Origin: Tubiluchus corallicola
Taxonomy: Eukaryota > Animalia > Priapulida
Direction of reading: 5' to 3'
NCBI GenBank assembly: GCA_030141605.1
Contig: JAQGDQ010000672.1
Location: 51,082 to 115,081, forward strand
Length of the DNA: 64,000 nucleotides
Shown: piece after piece, positions 1 through 11,887 of the stretch
Numbering within the stretch: position 1 is the stretch's first letter
Layout of the letters: every line of letters begins with the position of its first letter
Notes under the pieces: generated by a model
Seen by the model: only the letters and a program-made list of their open reading frames with translations
Told to the model about the DNA's origin: nothing
Database searches by the model: none
Translations under genes and position numbers: made by a program

Positions 1-938
1 ACACCAAACCCTTTCAATGCACTGTGTCGTGGACTAGTTACGGGGACCAAACTGGTGCTCAGTGCTCTGGGAGATGCCTCACAACAGACCGGTGTCTTGG
101 ACCAAACTGGTGCTCAGTACTCTAGGAGATGCCTCACAACAGACTTGTAAATATTTACAAGACAAATCACACAGTCAGTGCAATCAAAAATCACGTTTTT
201 TATTTCAAGCAGATTTCTGGTGTTTAGAACAATTTCAAGCTAGTAACCGAATGGCGGCCATTTTACCTTGCAAAACATACCATGTAAATGAACTTATCGT
301 TGATAACAATGCGCACAGAGGCACTGAATTTGAAAAAAACTTGAAAAATCACGCACGAACTACATCACAAATAAGACTATTGATAATTTAACCCCCCCCC
401 CACCTCCCAAAAAAACCTGTTGTTCACTCATCGATGTCTTAAATCGGTAATCAGAAAAAGTGAAATAAGGATTTGCGGAAGTGAATTAAAAGCACAAAGA
501 AAGAGAATGAACAACAACCGATTTTAAAAGTTTTAAATAATTAAAACTCAAGTCGTTACCCCAAACGGCAAGTGTAAAAGTTAAGAAACAAAAATGTCAG
601 ATTTCAAATGAAGACCAAACCTGTATTTGTGCTCAAAACAAGTTTTTGCAGCAAACAAACAAATTGGCAGCCTTTCATTCACAAAGCAAACATAAAAATG
701 TCCTTAATTTACACAGGCCTACTCATAAAATACTGATATTAATTATTGTTATTAATTAACGCTATACACGCTACTTTAGGCTAATTTAATAATCAGCTAG
801 AAGAATTTTTATTACCCTGTTGAAAAGTTGGTAATCTTCAGGTGAGAAACTAAAAATTTTTAACCTTTCTGAGCACTGTGTATTATTCATATTCATACTC
901 ATATTCAAGCCGCTAGTCAGCATTCTAGTTTTGCATTT

Positions 939-1490
939 TTAAAAGAAAACCGGATGATTGTGCAAACACGAGTTCGGAATAAAGAATGCTCTAAAATATT
1001 GAAAACTACAATGGCTTTTTTAAAATCAAAGCTTAGATTAAATAATAATTACCTCGGATAATCGAGTTTTGTTAAACTTTCAAAGCTACACCTGGCTCAG
1101 CGAATCTACTAAGATTGGCAACAACACCTTTTTGTCACATCCGCGTGGAAGAAAAATAGAAGGCACTACATTGATAACCATGATCATGAACTGCTGTGTT
1201 AGTTTCTGACGTCATATGATGTAGAACCCATTTTTCGTGACATCACGCGTTTAAGCAGATGTGTCAAACTTATGCAAACTTGTTTGACGCACAAGAGAAG
1301 ATGCCTGCCATTGCACAAACTGTGGTTAGTTTCTGATGTAAGCATTAACTGTGTTCAGTCACTGTTAACTTTTAAGCTAATTATTCAAATATAAGAAACA
1401 ATTCGTAACTTTTAGAGGCAAGAAAATGTACATGTTGGACAGTAAATTAAAACGAGATTGTGTCCAAAAAATCGTCCGGTTTTCCTTGAA
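939..1490. mobile_element. Non-autonomous TIR element (Kolobok-like, TTAA target), copy 1, in a WEE1 intron
   Basis: Ends AAGAAAACCGGATGATT ... AATCGTCCGGTTTTCCTT. The whole element recurs in inverted orientation at 39841-40380. Confidence 0.75.
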
Positions 1491-1667
1491 AAATACAGAG
1501 AGTTCAAAGAATTCCAAGAATGCTAAGCATCTTAAGTACCTGCCCACATTTTAACCGGTCGTAAATTTTACATTCAAGGCAGTAATGCCAACTGAACAAT
1601 TTCCGCCAGGTTTATCATGTAATAAAATATCTATAAAAATTAAAATATTTATATATATACAACTTAC

Positions 1668-2015
1668 CTGTTAATATCTAAAGGACGACTTCGCTTGCTA
1701 CCTGCATGCGGCGAAGGGCCATTAATTTCCGGAGTGAAAGGGTTAACATTTGCTAGCAGACGATCCTCCGACCTCCTCTCCGGTTTCTCTCGTTTTGTGG
1801 ACGCCCTCCGTAGTAGAGATTTGGGAGTGTGGGGGGTGTCGAAAAGTCGTAGAGCGCGTAGCTTGCGGTGTGGCGGGGTTCCACCCACCGATTTGCCGTT
1901 CGGGCTGTTGCCGAGGTTGCCTTCGTCGCTATTTCGTCCGCTGTCCTCCCCATCAGCATCAATACAAGCATCTGTGGTGAGCAACGAGGTATTCCTTTGC
2001 CGAAATTTGCTGCAT
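1668..2015 (-). CDS. WEE1: Wee1-like kinase, coding exon 2; the kinase domain lies left of the window
   Basis: Acceptor TTTTAG|A and donor AG|GTAAGT. Encodes TPPHRKLRALRLFDTPHTPKSLL and the Wee-box NVNPFTP, both diagnostic of metazoan Wee1. Confidence 0.92.
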
Positions 2016-3276
2016 CTAAAAATATAAAGGCACCGATATTAATTATGATATCATACACGGAGCAAAAATTCACTAACTTAAAATCAGTGATAAACATTTT
2101 AATGTAATATACACTTCATCTTAGTAAATTGTACTAGATTTTAGTTGCATAAATAAAGACATAAATTCAATTTCACGTAATTATAGACTTGATTATTAGT
2201 ATATAATAAGTATTACAAGTATAATTGATTTATATGTACTTATTAGTTTTCTTTTTGATCAGTTTAAATTTTCCATTTTGCTTGCTAATTTAAATTTTCT
2301 CTTCTCATAGCCAAATTTATTTACTGTTTCTAAATTCAAACTCATTTGAACTTGCTGCCTCATTTATTTTTTTTTATTTTGTTAATTTGCTGATTATTCT
2401 CATTTGTACATGCCTGACTTGACAGGTCACTTAATTCTCTTCAGTTTGGATAGGGGTGGTTGACTCGGTGACCCTTGATCTTTTCGCCACCCCGTCTCTT
2501 TTCCGTCTTTATTTTAGTTTTGAGCTTTTGTTTATGTTTATTTTTATTTTGTAACATTCAGAGACAAATTTTTTATACTAACTAACTTACTAACTAAAGT
2601 AATTTGAAAGCACTAAAGTTTTTTAATTCACTAAATTACAAAAAAGTCTGCATAATTTATGAATTTAATCATATTAAAATTTACAAAATTCGATAATTTA
2701 AGTTTAATTATAATACTGCAATACCCACAAACACGTAACATCCACCATTAATAAATTTTATAATCTTCAAAATTAAAAATATTCATATTTCATTGTATTC
2801 TTGATTAGGGCTGATTCATTGGATGGTTACTTTTGGTTCCCAATTACTTTTACTAATAGTCACTAATAAAATTATTAAACAGCTGCTCGGAACACGTTCA
2901 GCAATTTATTTTACGTACAACTGAGCTAGTATTTATATGGGCAATTCTACAAAAAACGTTATAATTTTGTAAAAAACCTGGCCTAAAAATAATAAAATTA
3001 ATTATACTGAAAAGTACGGATATTACTTTAATTAGTATTATTAGCCGCAGTAATTTACGATAGCCAGAATTTATTGTCTAAAACTTCAAAAGTAATTAAG
3101 TTAATTATAATGAAACGTACAGTTATCACTTTAATTATTTTTAAGTTAATGAGCAATCAGTATGCGTAGTTCATCCTAGCAACCAGAGCATACGTCAGTA
3201 ATACTAACTATAGTAACGGTGTAGCCTACTGTACTTACAAAGTAATTTAAATGCTAAGATTTCACAATTTCCCTAC

Positions 3277-3542
3277 CGTGCAGAAAGCCTTGATTTTCTT
3301 GGACTTTTAATAAACGAGAAGTTTCTAGATACGTTGTTATGTCTGTCATTTTCTAAGTATTCCATAGATGTATCCAAATCTGTCCCGGAACTGATTGAAA
3401 ACGCTGTATCATTGGGTCCATCTTGGAAACCAGGGTCTGCGTCTTCTTCCTCATCGGAAAAGCTCAACCTTTGGACGATCTCATCTTCTTCGTAACCATC
3501 AGAACCCAAGTGAAATTCATCTTGTCGTCTGAATAAAGACAT
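3277..3542 (-). CDS. WEE1: Wee1-like kinase, coding exon 1 (acidic N-terminal regulatory region)
   Basis: ATG at 3542 gives MSLFRRQDEF...LSFSDEEED...SPRKSRLSAR. The donor CG|GTAGGG at 3276 (phase 2) joins in frame to the exon starting at 2015. Confidence 0.8.
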
Positions 3543-3599
3543 GATGCACTTGTTGAAAGTACTTCGTGCAACTAGTAGCACACCGTGTAGGTATAAATC

Positions 3600-4080
3600 G
3601 ACTAAACGTAATCAAACACACAGCGATAAACATTGCTAAACCACGCCGCAATCTTTTTAACGTGGCGCGACCGTTGGTCACATGATAGTAGGCAACCAAT
3701 CGCGGCGTAGTTGCTGACGTCAGTATTTACTTTACGAGGCGCTTCGTAAAACTGGTTTTGTCGGATATTTCTAGCCGGCTTAGCATGTTTACGTTGTTAT
3801 TGTTTCAGATTTACAAAAGCAGTAATCGAGATTTCTACTTAGATCATTACTGTAGCTAAAGGTGGCTGCGCTAATAAAAGAACTTTAGCGAATAAGTCAA
3901 AACTTTAGAAAATAAATGATGACAACTTATAAAATTACTATGTACCTAGTTTTACGACAACACGCGGGAAAATTTGGCGGGAACGTGGCTCTTCGCGTGG
4001 CTTGTGACGCTATAGTGTTTGCGTGGGAGCACGTATGAAATCCAGGGCCGAATTACAGCGTCTCACTTTCGCCCGTCCCA
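3600..4080 (-). promoter_or_regulatory. Putative WEE1 promoter (CpG-rich, with CCAAT, CRE and E2F motifs)
   Basis: CpG-dense patch upstream of the ATG. CCAAT at 3696-3700, TGACGTCA at 3715-3722, E2F-type GCGGGAAA at 3964-3971 and GGCGGGAA at 3976-3983. Confidence 0.5.
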
Positions 4081-4199
4081 GTTATATATTTTAATTATAT
4101 ACGTATTGCACTAAGAGTGCCACTGTGCAACCCAGAAATACACCGTTTTATAGTAATGCAACTAACTACAGTATGTCTTAAGAAATCGACATAATGTTG

Positions 4200-4620
4200 A
4201 TTATGTTGTGTTCATTCTAGACTTCCAAAAAATATTTTGCCTTTCAAGTCTGGAATTCTCTACCATTACAGGTTAAACAAATCAGCATTATCCCTATCAG
4301 CATTTAAAACAAAATTAAAATCACTAATATCAACCAGATATGAAATACCATCACACCAGTACGACAACATACACACTAATTCAGAATTTATATATCCACG
4401 GCCATGTTAATTACATCATACTTTTTCATTTTTTTGTGCATAGTTGTAAATATGTTTGATTTTATTCGTCGTTACTTTCCATTACTGCATAGTAGTTTAG
4501 ATTGCACTGACGCATTTGCCTTTAGCAGTGTAAGTTTTTATTAACTAACACTGATCGATCATCTTTGTAAAGTTTTTATCAGTGATTAGCAATGTATTTT
4601 AATGGCGAATAAAGATTATT
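4200..4620 (+). mobile_element. 5'-truncated CR1/L2-group LINE 3' end
   Basis: Translates to VWNSLPLQVK...SAFKTKLKSL, a typical ORF2 C-terminus, followed by a 3'UTR ending AATAAAGATT. Inverted copy at 17825-18121. Confidence 0.65.
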
Positions 4621-4625
4621 ATATA

Positions 4626-4653
4626 TCTCTCTCTATCTCTCTCTCTCTCTCTG

Positions 4654-4708
<55 letters not shown>

Positions 4709-4830
4709 AACTCCCTCCCTCTTTCTCTCTCCCCCCCTCTCTCTCTCTGTCTCTCTTACTCTTTCTATCTCCCATTTTGCGCGCTCTCTCTCTCTTTCTT
4801 TCTCTTTCTCCCTCTTCCTCCCACCTTCCC
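4626..4830. repeat. (CT)n microsatellite
   Basis: Direct reading. Confidence 0.95.
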
Positions 4831-5891
4831 TATTGTACAATACCAATTTAAAGCTGCTGATTTTTTAGAAACTGTCCTTTGCATATTTTCTTGCATACAA
4901 CTGTGGTACGCTAACGCATCGCAAACAGTTAAAAACAGTTATAGACTCATTTAAAAGAAAAGTCGTCCATGTTACGTACGAATAAAACTCTCGAAATCAA
5001 ATGTGCATCTAATGATGGACCTTTAGAGGTTTTTTCTCAATGTATTTTTGGGCTAATCGCTTGCAAATAACTCTATAAACCAGCTCATTTCGCCGTGGTA
5101 CCGGTCTTGCTGTTTATGTAATACAAAACTCTATTCACTTTCTCATTGCATGGTAAAACCAATGCTTACTAACTTTTTACAAAAATCTGGATCCTGTGAT
5201 ATCCACAAACACACTTCTGTTAATAACTACTTTATTACAATCATTTCGGAAGCACTAAGTGCGTTCGCGCATTATTAATCATCTGTAGATGGATTTATTT
5301 GCATTTTACATTGTTTCAGCTTTGGGCAAAATATTTTTCTTGTTGCTGTTGTTTTGTGGTATGCTGTTGGTAGTGTGGGGTTGGGGGGGGGGTGTTAATA
5401 TTGTGACGTCACAGATTGAACACCAGTGCAAACTAATCGTTGACTGACTTGAAAGAACCGACGGAACCATCCGAATCATAGTATGTTACAAGGCCTGCGC
5501 ATTTTCCTAATGGGTGTTCTTAATATTTTTCTCAAAATTTCTTAATAATTTTCTCAACGGACTTGTTCGGTTTTGCTCGGAACACAGAGTGTCGAATTCC
5601 ATACATGTTGTGACGGAAACGCGAAAAGAATTTCCTTCATAGCATATGGTGTTCTCAGAAATCTTTATTTCTGTATATAAAAAATGAAAATAATAAATTT
5701 GACTGCTTTTGCTGCTTGCAAACGTATGAAATTATTATAATTTAAGACAATAAAAATAAATATTACTCTATAACAACTTAATACATCCTTGGAACGTCAT
5801 TCTAGTTTACAGCAAATCTGGTAAAGACGCTACAAATAATTACTTGAAAATTTATCTAAACATTATTTAACGTTTAGTGATACTTCTGTAA

Positions 5892-7074
5892 GCGTGTTTA
5901 TTGAGGTTCAACCTATTTTACAACTTCACAGGTAAAATTACAGGTAAGTTCACATAGGTGCTGCCACCTACATGTTAAGACCAAAAACGTGTTTATTGAG
6001 GTTCAACCTAATTTACAACTTCACAGGTAAAATTACAGGTAAGTTCACATAGGTGCTGCCACCTACATGTTAAGACCAGAAACGTGTTTATTGAGGTTCA
6101 ACCTAATTTACAACTTCACAGGTAAAATTACAGGTAAGTTCACATAGGTGCTGCCACCTACATGTTAAGACCAGAAACGTGTTTATTGAGGTTCAACCTA
6201 ATTTACAACTTCACAAGTAAAATTGCAGGTAAGTTCACATAGGTGCTGCCACCTACATGTTAAGACCAGAAACGTGTTTATTGAGGTTCAACCTAATTTA
6301 CAACTTTACAGGTAAAATTACAGGTAAGTTCACATAGGTGCTGCCACCTACATGTTAAGACCAGAAACGTGTTTATTGAGGTTCAACCTAATTTACAACT
6401 TCACAAGTAAAATTGCAGGTAAGTTCACATAGGTACTGCCACCTACATGTTAAGACCAGAAACGTGTTTATTGAGGTTCAACCTAATTTACAACTTCACA
6501 GGTAAAATTACAGGTAAGTTCACATAGGTGCTGCCACCTACATGTTAAGACCAGAAACGTGTTTATTGAGGTTCAACCTAATTTACAACTTCACAAGTAA
6601 AATTGCAGGTAAGTTCACATAGGTGCTGCCACCTACATGTTAAGACCAGAAACGTGTTTATTGAGGTTCAACCTAATTTACAACTTCACAGGTAAAATTA
6701 CAGGTAAGTTCACATAGGTGCTGCCACCTACATGTTAAGACCAGAAACGTGTTTATTGAGGTTCAACCTAATTTACAACTTCACAAGTAAAATTGCAGGT
6801 AAGTTGTAGTTCACATAGGTGCTGCCACCTACATGTTAAGACCAGAAACGTGTTTATTGAGGTTCAACCTAATTTACAACTTCACAAGTAAAATTGCAGG
6901 TAAGTTCACATAGGTGCTGCCACCTACATGTTAAGACCAGAAACGTGTTTATTGAGGTTCAACCTAATTTACAACTTCACAGGTAAAATTACAGGTAAGT
7001 TCACATAGGTGCTGCCATCTAAATGTTAAGACCAGAAACGTGTTTGTTGAGGTTCAACCTAATTTACAACTTCA
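5892..7074. repeat. 95-bp tandem repeat, about 12 copies
   Basis: Unit AACGTGTTTATTGAGGTTCAACC...CATGTTAAGACCAGA recurs at 5986, 6081, 6176 and onward. Confidence 0.95.
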
Positions 7075-7085
7075 ACTACAACTTA

Positions 7086-8330
7086 CAACTGGTGCCATAG
7101 AGTATGCTGCCAGTTGCTAAGACTCCAGTTGTTCTCAGATGCATGCATCCCAAGCCTGTAGATACACTTGGAACTGGAGGCATAGAGTATGCTGCCAGTT
7201 GCCAAGACTCCAGTTGTTCTCAGTTGCTTTGCATCGAAAGCCTGCAGATACACTTGGAACTGGTGGCATAGAGTATGCTGCCAGTTGCCAAGACTCCAGT
7301 TGTTGTCAGTTGCTTTGCATCGAAAGCCTGCAGATACACTTGGAACTGGTGGCATAGAGTATGCTGCCAGTTGCCAAGACTCCAGTTGTTCTCAGTTGCT
7401 TTGCATCGCAAACCTTGAGATACACTTGGAACGTGTGCCATAGAGTATGCTGCCAGTTGCCAAGACTCCAGTTGTTCTCAGTTTGCTTTGCATCGCAAGC
7501 CTGGAGATACACTTGGAACTGGTGGCATAGAGTATGCTGCCAGTTGCCAAGACTCCAGTTGTTCTCAGTTGCATTGCATCGAAAGCCTGCAGATACACTT
7601 GGAACTGGTGGCATAGAGTATGCTGCCAGTTGCCAAGACTCCAGTTGTTCTCAGTTGCTTTGCATCCCAAGCCTGCAGATACACTTGGAACTGGTGGCAT
7701 AGAGTACGCTGCCAGTTGCCAAGACTCCAGTTGTTCTCAGTTGCTTTGCATCGCAAGCCTGCAGATACACTTGGAACTGGTGGCATAGAGTATGCTGCCA
7801 GTTGCCAAGACTCCAGTTGTTCTCAGTTGCTTTGCATCGCAAGCCTGCAGATACACTTGGAACTGGTGCCATAGAGTATGCTGCCAGTTGCCAAGACTCC
7901 AGTTGTTCTCAGTTGCTTTGCATCGCAAGCCTGTAGATACACTTGGAACTGGTGCCATAACGTATGCTGCCAGTTGCTAAGACTCCAGTTGCTCTCAGTT
8001 GCTTTGCATTGCAAGCCTGCAGATACACTTGGAACTGGTGCCATAGAGTATGCTGCCAGTTGCCAAGACTCCAGTTGTTCTCAGTTGCTTTGCATCCCAA
8101 GCCTGCAGATACACTTGGAACTGGTGCCATAGAGTATGCTGCCAGTTGCCAAGACTCCAGTTGTTCTCAGTTGCTTTGCATCGCAAGTCTGAAGATACAC
8201 TTGGAACTGGTGCCATAGAGTATGCTGCCAGTTGTTCTCAGTTGCTTTGCATTGCAAGCCTGCAGATACAGTTGAAACTGGTGTCATAGAGTATGCTGCC
8301 AGTTGTTCTCAGTTGCTTTGCATCACAAGG
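7086..8330. repeat. 86-bp tandem repeat, about 14 copies
   Basis: Unit AACTGGTGGCATAGAGTATGCTGCCAGTTGCCAAGACTCC...GATACACTTGG. It explains the many overlapping short ORFs here. Confidence 0.95.
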
Positions 8331-8819
8331 TCGATCTAAGCCTGCTTTAAGCTAGTCTTTATTCTGTAAGATGCAATCAGGTTAATTAATCAGTCAAAGC
8401 AGACAGGCAGTTATTGGTTTCTACTGAGTCGAGTTAGTATACATGCTATTTATCTTTCACACCGTCTAGATCCATTACGAGACTGTGTAGGTTGTGTTCG
8501 TGCTCATTAATTTCATAAATGCTAACATTAATCTACAAGCAGCAAGTCTTAACATGATTTTTATGTAGCTCACACATGTATCCTGTTTTTCAGAATACGA
8601 TGGTAGAGTTTGGACTGACGTACCAGGTCCTGGTAGAACTATGGCTGCGCTCTGGAACCCGCTGTCTTAAATTTGTTATTTGAAATGTCTATTTTATTCT
8701 AAGTTTTTATTATTTAAAATGCCTATGTTATTCTAAGTTTTTGTTATTTAAAATGTTTAGTTTATTCTAAGTTTTTGTTATTTAAAATGTCTTTTGCTTA
8801 GTTATTGAAGAGTGTGCTA

Positions 8820-9047
8820 CGATTGCTCTGTTAGTTTTTCCAATTTTACCAATGTTATCCAAACTTGTTTTAAACGAGTTACCGTCAAAATGGTTGCGCT
8901 TAACGGTTTTTGCGAGAGTTTTAATTTACAAGTTTCATGCAGCGTTACTGCTGGTGCAAGCCCAGTGTGCAATAACATAATATATAAGTGATATAAAATT
9001 TCGAGACGATTTTTTAAGCTTTCTGTAAAGGGTTTTCTTGTGCTTAA
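8820..9047. mobile_element. End fragment of a dispersed TIR element (terminus ...TTTTCTTGTGCT[T]TAA, Kolobok-like)
   Basis: Similar to 41180-41369. Related inverted pieces at 38770-39000 and 39560-39750. Confidence 0.55.
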
Positions 9048-9654
9048 AGGAAAACTAGACCAAATCTTAAACTATAAGTCAAAACAATCTACTCTTTAAA
9101 ATATTGAAAGAAAACATCTATATTCAAGAATGACTTACGTGAAAGAATTATTACCACACAAACAAAATTTCACGTTCGCGCCACTAGTTCTTCGCTGTTA
9201 CGTGCATTTCGTCATTTGCTAGTTAGACGGGCACTAGCGCGTGCATTCCGGAAACACATTACACAAAAACAGGTGCTGTACCACTCAGCTAAGATGTATT
9301 AGTTTGTGACGTAGTGCGCACGTTCGCCAGCTCATGTGTGAGCACAGCGGTATATTTGAAATTTTATCTTAAAGCTTGCCTAGTTTTAGTACAAAACGCT
9401 GATTCTCTTGCAGTAGCACTGTTCTTCAATCTTCACTTGCGAAACACTGACAACACGCTCGTGGAATAGTTTTGTTGCTGAAAATTGTGTTCGTTTGTGA
9501 TGTCATCAATAGTTGGGCTCGCCCGCCGTCAACTAAGATGTTAATTTATTATTTAACTATCGCATTTTGCAGTATTATTGGTGTCAAAAAGGTGTACTTT
9601 TTACCGTACTTAGAAATGGAGTAGTATACGAAAAATCATCCTGTCTTCGTTTAT
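9044..9654. mobile_element. Kolobok-like MITE (TTAA-AGGAAAA...)
   Basis: Shares its right half with 24249-24775. Inverted partial copies at about 37300-37650 and 33930-34160. Confidence 0.6.
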
Positions 9655-9754
9655 AGTATGCAGCAGTCCCTCAACACGTCACAGACAGGTAAACAGTCAA
9701 GAAACTAAAGGGCACTAGACATTTTTCACCTGAAAATCTTGTGTTTTTAACATT

Positions 9755-9865
9755 GGTAGGATTGGAGACTGGAAAAACTGCTATTCAGAGGAGCTAAGCA
9801 AAATAGCCGACATGCTGTATGAGCAGAACTTTGGTGGAACAGGACTGCAGCATGAATTTGAGTAA
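9755..9865 (+). pseudogene. Orphan terminal exon of a cytosolic sulfotransferase (SULT)
   Basis: Translates GRIGDWKNCYSEELSKIADMLYEQNFGGTGLQHEFE*, matching the SULT C-terminal (RK)GxxGDWKN motif. No other SULT exons were found, and the expected phase-1 acceptor reads TG rather than AG. Confidence 0.6.
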
Positions 9866-10469
9866 GAGTATCGAACAATGGAAGCTGCGAAATGGCAATA
9901 TTTATTTGACACTGTGATGTAAAAACTATAGAGATACTTTTATAAGTTACTTGTAAACTTATAGTCTATTTGCACGTTAAATAAATTTAGTTTAAAAAAA
10001 ACTAGACTTGAACAAGAAAATTATCAAAGTGAGAGTAGAGAGTATCGTGTCTAGTAGTAAGGCATAGCCATAGGTAACTAAAAAAAATCGTTATTAGTAC
10101 AGATATGAACGCTAGCACACCACAAGCAGATATCGATGCCAGTGCTATATAATGTGTTTTGCTCAATATGTTTTATTTATTTGATTCTATGGAAATGTGT
10201 TTCATTATACGGCAAAAAGACAATAAATTTCATGGACATTATTGCCTACCGGTTTCGAAAACTGTTCATTATCAACGCATCTAAAACAATGCACAGTTTT
10301 GTTCGAAAATGGTCGGTAATAAATTGCATTGTGACGTAGTTACGTTCATCTGCCAAATATGGATAATTCAATAAACTTTATACTGAACTTTCATCTCTTG
10401 TCAATTTACATATGATTTTTGTGTTAGGATTATCCTGAATGAATATTTTAGAACATTGAATAACGCAAA

Positions 10470-10747
10470 ACATCAGTTCAGTACCTTCAGTTTTTTTTAC
10501 GTGGACTTCACTTGATTATGCAGTAGTCTGTGTGCAGACTGATCCACTAGCAGGATCTTGCCTGGGAACAAGAAAAATGAACTAGGTAAGGTTCTAGCTA
10601 GCTGTTCAAACTGTTACTATTACAACAGCATGGGCTGCGTATTGCAACAGGCATTGTCAAGTGTACACAAATGCGTTGTCTGCAACACTTAAACTTTGAC
10701 CTTTTCACGATCATCATCAATTGCAGGGCACAGTGAAAAGGCTTATT
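10470..10747. mobile_element. Partial inverted copy of the TIR element at 34410-34803
   Basis: Reverse-complement similarity; ends GTGAAAAGGCTTATT. Confidence 0.65.
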
Positions 10748-10825
10748 GGTGATAGGTAGCAACTGAGGTGCTGAGTTGCTTATTGATTTGTCAACAGTAT
10801 TAATATTATCATTAATTAATAAAAC

Positions 10826-11240
10826 TTATTAATAAAAGAAGGTTTATTTATGTGCCCTATTAAGTTTTCTCTTAATGTACAAAGCAGTTCAATTCCTTTA
10901 ACTTTATTTGCCAACAGTCTATCACTTTCTTCAGTTTCATCAGGTCTGCTTATTTATTACCTATTTGGCTTTTGTAAATACATAATTAGTGCTTAAGTTA
11001 TTTTCTTTACTGCTCTGCTTATTCACCGCTTATGTGGCTTCTGTTAACTACTTAACTATCTGCCTATAGGCTAACATACTACAGGCTAACATAAATAGAG
11101 CTTAGAGGCTCTGCCTATATGAATTGGTTATATGTTTGTAAATTTACCACTGATGATGACAGCAGCAGCCTGTCGAAATGTTTAGCATGGTTTTAACTTT
11201 TTATTGCAAAAGCTTTAATAAAGTTGTGTTGTTTTTAACT
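10826..11240 (+). mobile_element. Penelope-like element 3' end (GIY-YIG C-terminus plus pLTR with hammerhead-like core)
   Basis: LLIKEGLFMCPIKFSLNVQSSSIPLTLF resembles the PLE ORF end. It is followed by CTGATGA-T-GACAG..CTGTC-GAAA at 11150-11178 and AATAAA. Confidence 0.75.
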
Positions 11241-11372
11241 GTAAATGTTTTTAAGTGCCTGTAATAAAAATTGACTCAAATAGTTTTTTTGTTATAATTT
11301 TTTTTAGATATATTCCCGAATTCTTTCGACATAAAACAAGATTAAAACATTATTAACCAAATTTAACCGCAT

Positions 11373-11887
11373 TTAAAAACCATATACTATACCAATAGCA
11401 ATACCAATACCAATGCCAATACCAATAACAATACCAATAGCAGTACTAATAGTAGTTGTGCTCACTGTAGGTGGCTCACTAGTTGTGCTCACTGTAGATC
11501 GTTCACTGGTTGTACTCACTGTAGGTGGTTCACTAGTTGTGCTCACTGTAGATGGCTCACTAGTTGTGCTGACTGTAGATGGCTCACTAGTTGTGATCAC
11601 TGTAGATGGTTCACTGGTTGTGCTGACTGTAGATGGCTCACTAGTTGTGCTCACTGTAGATGGTTCACTAGTTGTGCTCACTGTAGATGGCTCATTAGTT
11701 GTGCTCAGTGTAGATGGCTCAGTGGTTTGGTTTGTTACGCCGTAGCAATACTCAAAATCCTCCCTGGTAGGCCTGACTATTCGACCTGTCTCTGGTTGTT
11801 CGCATTCTATGTAGTAGTATTTGTGGTCTCTCCTCCATGGCTTGTTGAAAGCCCAACTTATGTCACAGTTGCATTTTATCTTACTCT
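11373..11887 (-). CDS. LRR surface protein, exon 2 (LRRCT, STVSTTSEP stalk, hydrophobic C-terminal tail)
   Basis: Acceptor TTTTTGTAG|AG at 11887. The phase-1 join gives ESKIKCNCDISWAF...IEC...EYC (LRRCT cysteines) and stays open to TAA at 11373. Confidence 0.85.
11455..11725. repeat. 27-bp coding minisatellite, about 10 copies, encoding STVSTTSEP
   Basis: Unit GATGGCTCACTAGTTGTGCTCACTGTA. Confidence 0.9.

Noticed and set aside
7083-8289. Many overlapping Cys/Trp-rich ORFs
   Set aside because: Artefacts of the 86-bp tandem repeat, whose unit is not a multiple of 3.
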